DNA of 32,000 nucleotides from Synechococcus sp. A15-28 (GTDB lineage: Bacteria > Cyanobacteriota > Cyanobacteriia > PCC-6307 > Cyanobiaceae), in the NCBI RefSeq assembly GCF_014280175.1, contig NZ_CP047931.1, positions 810,001 to 842,000 on the forward strand. Direction: 5' to 3'. Numbering within the stretch: the stretch's first letter is position 1; each line of letters starts with the position of its first letter. Both the position numbers and the translations under genes were made by a program. This document shows positions 1 to 8,387 of the stretch, in pieces. Under the pieces are notes generated by a model. The model was not told the DNA's origin. It searched no databases and saw nothing but the letters and a program-made list of their open reading frames with translations.

Positions 1-139
1 CCTCAAGGCTGGACAGTCCAGCGGCGAGGCGTTGCTGATGGAGCACGTCCAGCTCCCGGTCGAGATGGTCCATCAGCCTCAGCAGGGAATAGCCGTGCTT
101 GATCTCTTGCTGACTGAGCTCATTCGCAAACCCACCCAT
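1..139 (-). CDS. partial hypothetical protein (N-terminus; runs off the window edge)
   Basis: Minus-strand ATG at 139 preceded by a purine-rich AAGAGAAGGCG; reads MGGFANELSQQEIKHGYSLLRLMDHLDRELDVLHQQRLAAGLSSLE with no stop before the window edge. Confidence 0.6.
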   Translation of the reverse strand, partial: MGGFANELSQQEIKHGYSLLRLMDHLDRELDVLHQQRLAAGLSSLE

Positions 140-381
140 CGCCTTCTCTTAAGGATCTTTTAACTCTTGCATGCTGCGTCGCGTTGGACCCAAGGCTGAT
201 TCGGCTGAGGGAATGGCCCGACGTGTCGCCAGGCCAGGCCTCCGCGTGTGAGGGGTGTCTCAAGCCCCGCCAGCAGCGTCCCGCCCTTGTCCCTGTAATG
301 GGTGACAGAAGCGTGGCTAGATGTTTCACGGTGTGACCATGCCAGGACGACCCTGCATGCGTCCACGCCAGATCTGGCGCA

Positions 382-409
382 CAAAAAAGCCCCATGCGAT
401 GCACGGGGC
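382..409 (-). terminator. Rho-independent terminator (minus strand)
   Basis: Minus strand reads GCCCCGTGC-ATC-GCATGGGGC followed by TTTTTT: strong stem with one G-T pair plus a T tract. Confidence 0.75.
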
Positions 410-486
410 CGGGCGATGGGGACAATTCCATTGTGCATGTTCCCGTCAACACCACATCTGTTGGTTGTCACGCTGCGGGCACCATG

Positions 487-515
487 CTGGCTCTGGAGGG
501 GTGCCCCAGAGCCAG
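487..515 (-). other. strong intergenic hairpin, possible part of an RNA transcript
   Basis: CTGGCTCTGG / CCAGAGCCAG arms (10 bp perfect) around a 9-nt spacer, lying between two minus-strand terminators. Confidence 0.5.
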
Positions 516-522
516 TCGGTAC

Positions 523-547
523 AAAAAAGCCGCCCGATTCGGGCGGC
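523..547 (-). terminator. Rho-independent terminator downstream of tRNA-Pro
   Basis: Minus strand GCCGCCCG-AAT-CGGGCGGC followed by TTTTTT; 34 nt after the tRNA-Pro 3' end. Confidence 0.85.
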
Positions 548-581
548 TGCACTGCCAGTTGGGATCTGGCGTCTCGTGGCA

Positions 582-655
582 TCGGGGAGACAGGATTCGA
601 ACCTGCGGCATCTTGCTCCCAAAGCAAGCGCGCTACCAAACTGCGCCACTCCCCG
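582..655 (-). tRNA. tRNA-Pro (anticodon TGG)
   Basis: Minus strand CGGGGAGTGGCGCAGTTTGGTAGCGCGCTTGCTTTGGGAGCAAGATGCCGCAGGTTCGAATCCTGTCTCCCCGA: paired acceptor CGGGGAG/CTCCCCG, TTCGAAT T-loop, anticodon TGG. Confidence 0.95.
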
Positions 656-676
656 GACGCACATCAAGATTAGCGC

Positions 677-1072
677 CTAGCCCATGTCCAGCAGGTAGTG
701 GACCACCGCAGCTCGGCGGTCTGCATGGACGCCATCGCCTTCGATGCTGCCGCACACCTCATCGGGCACTCGGTGGATGCGGGTGAGTGATTTCAATTCG
801 TAGGTCTCACCCTCCGTTGGCCCGCCATCCGTGCTGCGGTCCCAGATCTGCTGAGCATCGCCGCGGTAGTGCCCAACGATCTGTCCCAGGTGGGCAAAGG
901 TGTTTGCCCCGCTGCGGCAGACGATGATGGCCAGACAGGCATCGAACTCATCGGTGGAGAGTTGGTTGATGCTGTCCATGACAGCTCGCTCCTCCATCCC
1001 CAGAACCATGTTCTCAAGGGCGCAGCTGCCCTCGTACAGCCAGCTGCGAACGGTGATTCCGATGAGGGTCAT
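677..1072 (-). CDS. conserved-looking hypothetical protein, 131 aa
   Basis: Intact ORF whose ATG overlaps the upstream oxidoreductase stop by the ATGA-type arrangement, and which is followed by tRNA-Pro. A later in-frame start (MVLGME.. or MEERAVM..) is possible. Confidence 0.65.
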   Translation of the reverse strand: MTLIGITVRSWLYEGSCALENMVLGMEERAVMDSINQLSTDEFDACLAIIVCRSGANTFAHLGQIVGHYRGDAQQIWDRSTDGGPTEGETYELKSLTRIHRVPDEVCGSIEGDGVHADRRAAVVHYLLDMG

Positions 1073-2202
1073 GGGGTCAGGGTGGAGAGATGCTGGGCCA
1101 GATTCACGCCGCTGCGGATTGCACCTTCAGCACGGCCGAAACCTGGGCCATCGACGTAATCCCCGCAGAAGCCCACCCCACTGGCATCACACCACTGCAG
1201 CGCTGGAGGCAAGGGGTGATCAATCGGTTGGGAGGCCCCCCAGCGCATCACACCGAGCGACTCAGCTCGCTCACAGGCGCTTTGCAGTTCGGGCCACGCC
1301 TTCAGCAGTTCTGGCAGCAATTGCCTCAACCGCTGCTCCTCCTGTTTCAGCAGAACCGGCTGGGTTTCGGGGGTGATCGTTTTGCCGGAGTCGAGGCCGT
1401 GCACCACCAATCCGGTCCGGTTGTCGGCTTGCGGGTGCAGCACGAGGCGCTCCACCCGCCAGTGGGCCTGGGCCTCGGGGGTGAGCCAGATCTGTCTTGG
1501 GTACTGGTCGCCGTTCAGGGGCAGATCGAGCATCAGGTTCCAGCGCACCTCTGCCCGACTCAGGGCCAGTGTTTCCAGGGCCTGATCCAGTTCAGGGTCC
1601 TGGCCCGCAGGAACCGCCTCCCGCAACGGCACCTGTCGCCAGTCGAGCATGGCCAGGGAGCGGGGATGGGCGAGCAGGCTGCCGCTCAGCACCAGTCGCC
1701 TCCCCCGCAGTTGCCAGTCGCTGCCTTCCTGAACGACGCACCAGTGGTCTCCATCCCGCTGCAACGTGCGGACCCGTCGTCCGAAATGTTGCGACAACGC
1801 TCCATCGTTCATCGCCAGCAAGGCCTCGCAGAGGCTGGCCATGAACGGCTCACCCTCCAGCCACGCGCGATCCGCGGGGCCACCCGACCGACTGATCGAC
1901 CCATCCGTGTCCACTGACATCACCGCACCTTTGGCCTGACGCAGCACACCGTTATCCCGCAACGGGTCCAGCAAGGACTGGACTGACTCAGCCAGTGGAT
2001 CCTCCAGATGGAATCCGGGGGCTCCATGGTCCAGGCGCCAGTGCGGTTCATCGCGGCGGCGGCGCGTTGCTGTCCGCCCCCCAGGACCTCGGCCCGCTTC
2101 CACAACAGCCATCGTTCCTGGCCATTGCAGCTGTCGCAGCCTGGCAATCAGGCTGCAACCAGACAGCCCCGCGCCGATGACCACCAGGTCGGCATCAAGC
2201 AT
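1069..2202 (-). CDS. NAD/FAD-dependent oxidoreductase (renalase / amine-oxidase-like)
   Basis: 377-aa ORF with an N-terminal dinucleotide-binding motif DLVVIGAGLSGCSLIARLRQ, ARG-type segment EAGRGPGGRTATRR and a C-terminal GFCGDYVDGPGFGRAEGAIRSGVNLA FAD segment. Confidence 0.88.
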   Translation of the reverse strand: MLDADLVVIGAGLSGCSLIARLRQLQWPGTMAVVEAGRGPGGRTATRRRRDEPHWRLDHGAPGFHLEDPLAESVQSLLDPLRDNGVLRQAKGAVMSVDTDGSISRSGGPADRAWLEGEPFMASLCEALLAMNDGALSQHFGRRVRTLQRDGDHWCVVQEGSDWQLRGRRLVLSGSLLAHPRSLAMLDWRQVPLREAVPAGQDPELDQALETLALSRAEVRWNLMLDLPLNGDQYPRQIWLTPEAQAHWRVERLVLHPQADNRTGLVVHGLDSGKTITPETQPVLLKQEEQRLRQLLPELLKAWPELQSACERAESLGVMRWGASQPIDHPLPPALQWCDASGVGFCGDYVDGPGFGRAEGAIRSGVNLAQHLSTLTP

Positions 2203-2211
2203 CAGGGGCGC

Positions 2212-2304
2212 TTACATCCAATATTTTTCGGCTGCGACCCGGGAGAACAATCCACCCAACAGAGCCAGCAGCAACGTCACGCCGAAGAACACGAAATAAG
2301 CCAT
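2212..2304 (-). CDS. candidate 30-aa single-TM small protein
   Basis: ATG..TAA reads MAYFVFFGVTLLLALLGGLFSRVAAEKYWM; hydrophobic segment, 9 bp upstream of the oxidoreductase start, same strand. Below the ORF track length cutoff. Confidence 0.6.
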   Translation of the reverse strand: MAYFVFFGVTLLLALLGGLFSRVAAEKYWM

Positions 2305-2406
2305 CCGTCGCTGTGTCGTCGAATCGATTGGGCCGTTTCTAACAGCAAGGGATGGGAGCAGCTGTCCCGGTCAGAGGACGACATCAATTGATGTCATTCA
2401 TGGGAA

Positions 2407-2478
2407 TGGGTCGCCTGAGATTCGAACTCAGGACCAGCCGGTTAAAAGCCGGATGCTCTACCGCTGAGCTAGCGACCC
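2407..2478 (-). tRNA. tRNA-Lys (anticodon TTT)
   Basis: Minus strand GGGTCGCTAGCTCAGCGGTAGAGCATCCGGCTTTTAACCGGCTGGTCCTGAGTTCGAATCTCAGGCGACCCA: acceptor GGGTCGC/GCGACCC, TTCGAAT, CTTTTAA anticodon loop. Confidence 0.95.
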
Positions 2479-2561
2479 GCCCGCTTGGGCGTGCCATTTC
2501 GGGCACCAATGGACATTATCACTCGGTCCGGCTGAGGATCGGGAGGTGTTGTAGACCTGTG

Positions 2562-3080
2562 ATGCCTCCGTTGACGTCAGCCTCTGCGCCCTGGCCGACA
2601 CCCCAGATCCATCCCGATGCCTGGGTTTCCTCGTCTGCCGTGGTGATCGGAGACGTGACCATGGAAGAGGGCAGCAGTCTCTGGCCCACGGCCGTGGCCC
2701 GGGGGGATCTCGCACCGATTCGGATCGGTGCGCGCAGCAACGTTCAGGATGGTGCGGTGCTGCATGGGGATCCGGATCAGCCGGTGCTGATCGGAGCGGA
2801 TGTCACGGTCGGCCACCGGGCCGTCATTCACGGTGCTTCGCTGTTGGATGGCTGTCTTGTGGGCATCGGAGCCATCGTTCTCAACGGTGTCACCGTGGGG
2901 GAGGGTGCCCTGGTGGCTGCCGGTGCTGTGGTGACCAAAGACGTTCCAGCCCGCAGCCTGGTGATGGGGGCACCAGCGCAGTTGAAACGGGAACTCCCGG
3001 CTGAAGCCGTGGACTCTCAACGCAGCCACGCCAGCAGCTACGCCGAACTGGCCAGGCAGCACGCCAACGGCGGCAGCTGA
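2562..3080 (+). CDS. gamma-carbonic-anhydrase-like hexapeptide-repeat protein
   Basis: 172 aa from ATG 2562 (MPPLTSASAPWPTP..). Left-handed beta-helix repeats with His positions in LHGD and TVGHRAVIHG typical of the family. The longer 242-aa ORF would run through the tRNA-Lys region. Confidence 0.85.
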   Translation: MPPLTSASAPWPTPQIHPDAWVSSSAVVIGDVTMEEGSSLWPTAVARGDLAPIRIGARSNVQDGAVLHGDPDQPVLIGADVTVGHRAVIHGASLLDGCLVGIGAIVLNGVTVGEGALVAAGAVVTKDVPARSLVMGAPAQLKRELPAEAVDSQRSHASSYAELARQHANGGS

Positions 3081-3165
3081 TTGCTGCATTTTTGATCAGC
3101 TTTTCGTCTAAATCGTGGGTTTCTCTTGGAAGTCCGTAAGATCGCCCGGAAGTCTTTGTACCCCC

Positions 3166-3384
3166 ATGAGCGTCGCCCGCGTTGCCATCGGCCTCGTCGT
3201 CATCCTCGGGATCGTCGCCTATTCCGCCTACAGCGTGATCACCACGGGTCAGGTGCTGGGCATCGACGCTCGTCTGTTCCTTGTGGTGGCCCCCATTCTT
3301 GCCGCTGTGAGCTGGGCTGCTTTCAACATCGGCCGTGCCGCCGTTGGTCAGCTGCAGCTGCTGATCAAGCGCAGCCGCGCCTGA
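3166..3384 (+). CDS. psbY: photosystem II protein PsbY-like
   Basis: C-terminal part DARLFLVVAPILAAVSWAAFNIGRAAVGQLQLLIKRSRA matches the PsbY pattern. ATG 3166 gives 72 aa; an in-frame GTG at 3253 would give about 43 aa. Confidence 0.8.
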   Translation: MSVARVAIGLVVILGIVAYSAYSVITTGQVLGIDARLFLVVAPILAAVSWAAFNIGRAAVGQLQLLIKRSRA

Positions 3385-3442
3385 TTTTTTCCCAGGCTTC
3401 TCAATAAGAGGATCCGTAGGCTGAAGGCTGATTGTTGCAGCC

Positions 3443-4816
3443 TTGTTGTCTATTCAACGATCCGTCACCGTTCTCGGGGCTGGCCTGGCTGGGACAGAAG
3501 CCGCCTGGCAAGTGGCCCGTGCGGGGATACCAGTGACCATCGTGGAGATGCGGCCGATCCGTCGCTCCCCGGCCCACCACAGCAGCGACTTTGCAGAGCT
3601 GGTGTGCAGCAACAGTTTCGGTGCACTGAGCAGCGACCGGGCTGCCGGTTTGCTGCAGGAGGAATTGCGTCGCCTGGGGTCCCTGGTGATTGGAACCGCG
3701 GATTCCCATGCCGTCCCAGCTGGGGGTGCCCTGGCCGTGGACCGCGGCCGATACAGCGCCGCTCTGACCGAAGCGCTGGATCAGCATCCTTTGGTGACCA
3801 TCGAACGGCAGGAACAGCAGGCCCTGCCCGAAGAGGGGCAGATCACTGTTCTGGCAACGGGTCCGCTGACCAGCGAACCACTGGCTGAGGATCTGAGGGC
3901 GTTCACCGGCCGGTCGGACTGTCATTTCTTCGATGCCGCCAGTCCGATCGTGCATGGCGACAGCATTGATCTCGACATTGCCTTCCGCGCCAGCCGCTAC
4001 GACAAGGGCGATGCGGATTACATCAACTGTCCGATGGACAAGGAGCAGTACCTGGCGTTCCGCAAGGCCCTGCTGGAGGCGGAACAGGCTGAGCTCAAGG
4101 ATTTCGACAAGGACGATGCCACCTTCTTCGAGGGATGTCTGCCCATTGAAGAGCTGGCCCGTCGTGGTGAAGACACCATGCGCTACGGCCCGCTGAAACC
4201 CATCGGCCTCTGGGATCCCCGCTGGGGTGATGTGAACGACAGGGATGTACGCCGCGCCAAGCGTGCCTATGCCGTTGTGCAGCTGCGCCAGGAGGACAAG
4301 GACGGCCGCCTCTGGAATCTCGTGGGTTTTCAGACCAATCTCAAGTGGGGCGAGCAAAAACGCGTGCTGCAGATGATTCCCGGTCTGGCCGGGGCCGAGT
4401 TCGTGCGGTTCGGGGTGATGCACCGCAACACTTTTCTGGAGTCGCCGCAATTGCTGGAGCCCTCGCTTCAATTCCGCAGCCGTTCCACACTGCTGGCGGC
4501 AGGCCAGATCACCGGCACCGAGGGCTACGCCGCTGCCGTGGCCGGTGGCTGGTTGGCGGGTACCAATGCCGCCCGCCTCGCCAGAGGACTGGAACCGATT
4601 GATCTGCCGGTGACTTGCATGAGCGGGGCCCTGACGCACTTCGTCAGCGAAGCTCCCACGGCCAAATTTCAGCCGATGCCCCCCAACTTCGGTCTGCTGC
4701 CGGAGCTGCCGGAGCGGATCCGCGACAAGCGCGCCCGCTACGGCGCCTACCGCGACCGGGCCCTGCGGGATCTTGAGCGGATTGAGGCGCTGACGCCGAA
4801 CGTCCTGGTGGCATGA
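3443..4816 (+). CDS. trmFO: methylenetetrahydrofolate--tRNA-(uracil-5-)-methyltransferase TrmFO
   Basis: 457 aa; [32 protein letters not shown]-terminus, NCPMDKEQY and [15 protein letters not shown] segments diagnostic of TrmFO/Gid. TTG start. Confidence 0.95.
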   Translation: MLSIQRSVTVLGAGLAGTEAAWQVARAGIPVTIVEMRPIRRSPAHHSSDFAELVCSNSFGALSSDRAAGLLQEELRRLGSLVIGTADSHAVPAGGALAVDRGRYSAALTEALDQHPLVTIERQEQQALPEEGQITVLATGPLTSEPLAEDLRAFTGRSDCHFFDAASPIVHGDSIDLDIAFRASRYDKGDADYINCPMDKEQYLAFRKALLEAEQAELKDFDKDDATFFEGCLPIEELARRGEDTMRYGPLKPIGLWDPRWGDVNDRDVRRAKRAYAVVQLRQEDKDGRLWNLVGFQTNLKWGEQKRVLQMIPGLAGAEFVRFGVMHRNTFLESPQLLEPSLQFRSRSTLLAAGQITGTEGYAAAVAGGWLAGTNAARLARGLEPIDLPVTCMSGALTHFVSEAPTAKFQPMPPNFGLLPELPERIRDKRARYGAYRDRALRDLERIEALTPNVLVA

Positions 4817-4858
4817 CCGCTGGCCCCTTAGCGTCTCTGCCATTGGTGGAGCGATGCC

Positions 4859-6415
4859 ATGGGCGAACAGCAGCACTGGGATGCCGTGGTCATCGGCTCC
4901 GGCATCGGCGGTTTGGTGACCGCCAGTCAGCTGGCGGCCAAGGGGGCCAAGACCCTGGTGTTGGAGCGCTATCTGATTCCAGGCGGCAGTGGCGGTGCGT
5001 TCAAGCGCGAGGGCTACACCTTCGATGTGGGGGCCTCGATGATCTTCGGTTTCGGCGAGAAGGGGTACACCAACCTGCTCACCCGGGCCCTGGCGGAGGT
5101 GGGCGAGCATTGCGACACGATTCCGGATCAGGCCCAGCTCGAGTACCACATGCCGGGGGGGCTCAACATTGCGGTGGATCGCGATTACGAGCAGTTCATT
5201 GCCGATCTGTCCGCCCGGTTTCCCCATGAGGCCAACGGCATCCGCCGCTTCTACGACACCTGCTGGCAGGTGTTCAACTGCCTCGATGCGATGCCGTTGC
5301 TGTCCCTGGAGGACCCTGCCTATCTCGCCAAGGTGTTCTTCAAGGCTCCGCTGGCTTGCCTGGGGCTGGCCCGCTGGCTGCCGTTCAACGTCGGTGCGGT
5401 CGCCCGTCAGCACATCAAGGACGAGCAGCTGCTGAAGTTCATCGACATCGAATGCTTCTGCTGGTCTGTGATGCCGGCGGATCGCACCCCGATGATCAAC
5501 GCCGGGATGGTGTTCTCCGATCGCCATGCAGGGGGGATCAATTACCCCCGCGGTGGTGTGGGTGTGATCGCCGAAAAGCTGGTTCAAGGTCTTGAGCGCC
5601 ATGGCGGAGCAATCCGCTACAAGGCGAGGGTCACTGAGGTGCTTCTCGAAGACGGCAAGGCGGTGGGGGTGAAGCTGGCCAATGGAGAGACGATCCGCTC
5701 GAAACGGGTGATCTCCAACGCCACCCGCTGGGACACCTTTTCGGGGCAGGACGATGGGTCCAAGCGGGCCGGTCAGGCGCTGGTTGATGAGGCCAACACC
5801 CCAGAAAAAGAGGCCTTCTGGCGCCGCCGCTATGTGCCCTCGCCCTCCTTCCTCTCCTTGCATCTGGGGGTTCGCGCTGACCTGATTCCGGCAGGCACCC
5901 ACTGCCACCACCTCCTGCTCGAAGACTGGAACCGGATGGAGGACGAGCAGGGGGTGATCTTTGTGTCGATGCCCTCGCTCCTGGACCCGGATCTGGCTCC
6001 GGAGGGGCACCACATCGTTCATACCTTCACGCCGTCCTCGATGGAGGCTTGGCAAGGGCTGACCCCCAGCCAGTACCGCGAAAAAAAGGAGGCGGATGCG
6101 GAGCGATTGATTCAGCGCCTTGAAGCGATCCTGCCCGGCCTCGCCGCTGCCATCACCCACAAGGAGATCGGCACCCCCCGCAGCCACCGGCGCTTCCTCG
6201 GGCGCTTCCAGGGCAGCTACGGCCCGATCCCTGCGATGCAACTGCCGGGCCTGTTGCCCATGCCGTTCAACCGCACCGGCGTGCCCAATCTCTATTGCGT
6301 CGGGGACTCCTGTTTCCCGGGCCAGGGACTCAATGCCGTCGCCTTCAGTGGTTTTGCCTGTGCCCATCGGGTGGGAGCTGATCTGGGCCTCAACCCCTGG
6401 GCACTACCGGCCTGA
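4859..6415 (+). CDS. crtH: carotenoid isomerase (CrtISO/CrtH-like)
   Basis: 518 aa; VVIGSGIGGLVTASQLAAKGAKTLVLERYLIPGGSGGAFKREGYTFDVGASMIFGFG and C-terminal YCVGDSCFPGQGLNAVAFSGFACAHRVGADLG. Confidence 0.92.
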   Translation: MGEQQHWDAVVIGSGIGGLVTASQLAAKGAKTLVLERYLIPGGSGGAFKREGYTFDVGASMIFGFGEKGYTNLLTRALAEVGEHCDTIPDQAQLEYHMPGGLNIAVDRDYEQFIADLSARFPHEANGIRRFYDTCWQVFNCLDAMPLLSLEDPAYLAKVFFKAPLACLGLARWLPFNVGAVARQHIKDEQLLKFIDIECFCWSVMPADRTPMINAGMVFSDRHAGGINYPRGGVGVIAEKLVQGLERHGGAIRYKARVTEVLLEDGKAVGVKLANGETIRSKRVISNATRWDTFSGQDDGSKRAGQALVDEANTPEKEAFWRRRYVPSPSFLSLHLGVRADLIPAGTHCHHLLLEDWNRMEDEQGVIFVSMPSLLDPDLAPEGHHIVHTFTPSSMEAWQGLTPSQYREKKEADAERLIQRLEAILPGLAAAITHKEIGTPRSHRRFLGRFQGSYGPIPAMQLPGLLPMPFNRTGVPNLYCVGDSCFPGQGLNAVAFSGFACAHRVGADLGLNPWALPA

Positions 6416-6450
6416 TCTTCTTATTAGCTTGATCATCCATAGGAGTTGGG

Positions 6451-6735
6451 ATGTCGCCTGAGTTTCAGCCGTCGTCGGACGATTTGGCCCGCTACCTCGA
6501 GCAGAGGGGCGAGCTGACCAAGCCCTGGAACCTTCAGATGCTGCGTTTGCAAAAGCTGAAGGAGGCCAAGGACTCCATGGATCATGAGGAGTACATCGCA
6601 ACCATTCAGGAGGCCCACGCCGATCTGATGCGGCTTGGAGCGTTCTGGAAGGGGCGGGAAGCGGAGGTCTTCGGTGGTGCCTACGTGCCGTCTGAGCAGC
6701 TTGAGCCCCGTCCTGGTTCCGTTGAGGACCGCTGA
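6451..6735 (+). CDS. conserved-looking hypothetical protein, 94 aa
   Basis: Intact ORF following TAGGAGTTGGG; its stop abuts/overlaps the next ORF start at 6735. Confidence 0.75.
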   Translation: MSPEFQPSSDDLARYLEQRGELTKPWNLQMLRLQKLKEAKDSMDHEEYIATIQEAHADLMRLGAFWKGREAEVFGGAYVPSEQLEPRPGSVEDR

Positions 6736-7298
6736 TGGCTCCCAGTTCCGGTGTTGAACGCTTCGGCCTGTCGCCGCTGATCCGCAGCGCCTTGCTCAGC
6801 TTGTATGTGGCGCTGGTTCTACCCCTGCCGCTGTTGGCTCCAGAGGATTTGCGCTGGTGGATGGCCGCCGGCTTGTTGTTAGGGCTGATTCTTGTGCTGG
6901 GGCTGCTCAGCGAGCAGGTGGAAGCTGACGCCTCTGGCCTTCAGGTCCGCTACCCGGCCTGGATCCGTTGGCTGTTCCGTCGCGGTTGGTCCATGCCATG
7001 GCAAGACATCCGCGCCCTCGTTCCCGTTGGCACCAGCCAAGGGGGCACGGTCTATTACCTCAAAGCTGCTGATCTACGACACCAGCTGCTGCCACAGCGC
7101 ATCGAACGATTCGATCGTTTTCTGGCCTTGCTCAGGGAACACACGTCTGTCTCCACAGCTGGCATCGGCCGACTGACACCTCCCTGGACCTATCAGGTGC
7201 TTCAGGGGTTGGCGATCCTGATGGTTCTGGCTGAGCTCACAGGAGCCCTTGCCATCACGCAGCACTGGGTCAACTTGCCGGAAGGTTATCCAGGCTGA
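6735..7298 (+). CDS. hypothetical membrane protein, 187 aa
   Basis: Two N-terminal hydrophobic helices (SALLSLYVALVLPLPLLAP; WWMAAGLLLGLILVLGLL) and one near the C-terminus; coupled to the upstream ORF. Confidence 0.75.
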   Translation: MAPSSGVERFGLSPLIRSALLSLYVALVLPLPLLAPEDLRWWMAAGLLLGLILVLGLLSEQVEADASGLQVRYPAWIRWLFRRGWSMPWQDIRALVPVGTSQGGTVYYLKAADLRHQLLPQRIERFDRFLALLREHTSVSTAGIGRLTPPWTYQVLQGLAILMVLAELTGALAITQHWVNLPEGYPG

Positions 7299-8049
7299 AG
7301 CGATAGCCCCGCTGACGAACAGTGATGATTCCTCCGCCTTCGCCGAGGCCGGCCTGTTCGAGTTTGCGGCGCAGGGTCAACACCTGAGTGTCAACGGAGC
7401 GTGGCCCTCCGCTGAATGGAGGCCACGCCATGCGAAGCAGTTCCTGGCGGCTGCGCACCAGACCGGGGGGCATCAACAGGGCGCAGAGCAGGGCGAATTC
7501 CCGAGGACTGAGTTCCACCGGCTGGTCTCGCAAAGTGACCTGACGCAGGAGGAGGTGCACTTCCAGAGGTCCAACCGTGACCCGTTCCTGGAGGCCGTTA
7601 TGGCCCCGCTTGAGCAGCGTGCGGCAGCGGGCCGCCAGCTCCTCCAGGCCAAAGGGCTTCCGCAGAACATCATCTGCACCGTCATCCAGCAACCCCACGA
7701 CCGGATCAGCGCCACTGCGGGCCGTCAGCACGATGACGGGACAACGCAGCTGGTCCGCCAGTCGGAGGGCGGAACCCTGTTCGAGAATTTCGGCGCTGAC
7801 CAAGAGATCTGGTGATTGTTCCTGGCAGAGCTCCAGAGCTTCAGCCGCTCTGCCGACGGCAGCGGTGAGGTGACCGTCCTGACGGAGCCGTTGCACCAGG
7901 ACAGTGCGCAGGGTGGGGTGCGGCTCCACGACGAGCACGCGGGATGGCTCCTGTCCAGTGCCGGACTGGGGCAGGATCAGCGGATCAGCGCTCGGGACGC
8001 TGGGTTCAGCTGTCAGGTCGCGTGGTGTCGAGGTCACTGAATTGATCAA
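7270..8049 (-). CDS. OmpR-family response regulator with atypical receiver domain and winged-helix output domain
   Basis: 259 aa; receiver-like RVLVVEPHPTLRTVLVQRL..VIVLTARSG..ADDVLRKPF and a clear winged-helix domain VELSPREFALLCALLMPPGLVRSRQELLRMAW..RSVDTQVLTLRRKLE..ITVRQRGYRF. Confidence 0.88.
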   Translation of the reverse strand: MINSVTSTPRDLTAEPSVPSADPLILPQSGTGQEPSRVLVVEPHPTLRTVLVQRLRQDGHLTAAVGRAAEALELCQEQSPDLLVSAEILEQGSALRLADQLRCPVIVLTARSGADPVVGLLDDGADDVLRKPFGLEELAARCRTLLKRGHNGLQERVTVGPLEVHLLLRQVTLRDQPVELSPREFALLCALLMPPGLVRSRQELLRMAWPPFSGGPRSVDTQVLTLRRKLEQAGLGEGGGIITVRQRGYRFSLDNLPAS

Positions 8050-8114
8050 CGCGCCACTACGCTAAGCGGAAAATTCTGTCCCGCTGGTAGCAGAGGCAGC
8101 TGTCTTCTCAGTCG

Positions 8115-8387
8115 ATGACTTCCCTTGACGATCCGGAATCCATCCGACACTTCCAGTCCCTGTGTGATGCCTGCCAGGAGCTCACCACGCGGTATCACTC
8201 TCCCTCCGAGCTGAGGCTCTATGCCGATGGCTATCTGCACGCCCTGCGTCGCAGCGGCAGCCTGGATTCCCGTCAGCAGCTTCGACTTGAGCAACTGATC
8301 GACCGCTGGATCATGGATCCCTCGAGCTTCATCGGTCCCGATGGGGATATCAGCACGTTGTACATGCGACACCCCCAGGGGTACTGA
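8115..8387 (+). CDS. small hypothetical protein, 90 aa
   Basis: ORF MTSLDDPESIRHFQSLCDACQELTTRYHSPSELRLYADGYLHALRRSG..; its stop abuts the convergent Grx stop. Confidence 0.7.
   Translation: MTSLDDPESIRHFQSLCDACQELTTRYHSPSELRLYADGYLHALRRSGSLDSRQQLRLEQLIDRWIMDPSSFIGPDGDISTLYMRHPQGY

Noticed and set aside
582-655. tRNA-Pro as a possible island integration site
   Set aside because: No integrase, no repeat of the tRNA 3' end noticed, and no phage-like genes nearby.
120-786. Several overlapping 73-159 aa ORFs near the first tRNA
   Set aside because: They cross tRNA-Pro and the two terminators and contain translated tRNA sequence (RRFESCLP, GFEPAAS), so they are not real genes.
2352-2561. N-terminal extension of the hexapeptide protein (242-aa version)
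   Set aside because: The extension translates the antisense of tRNA-Lys (GRLRFELRTSRLKAGCSTAELATRP). ATG 2562 is a better start.
3401-6367. 988-aa minus-strand ORF, the second longest in the track
   Set aside because: It lies antisense to the clearly recognisable trmFO and crtISO genes. Composition (His/Gln/Arg/Pro rich, no motifs) is typical of a GC-rich shadow frame.
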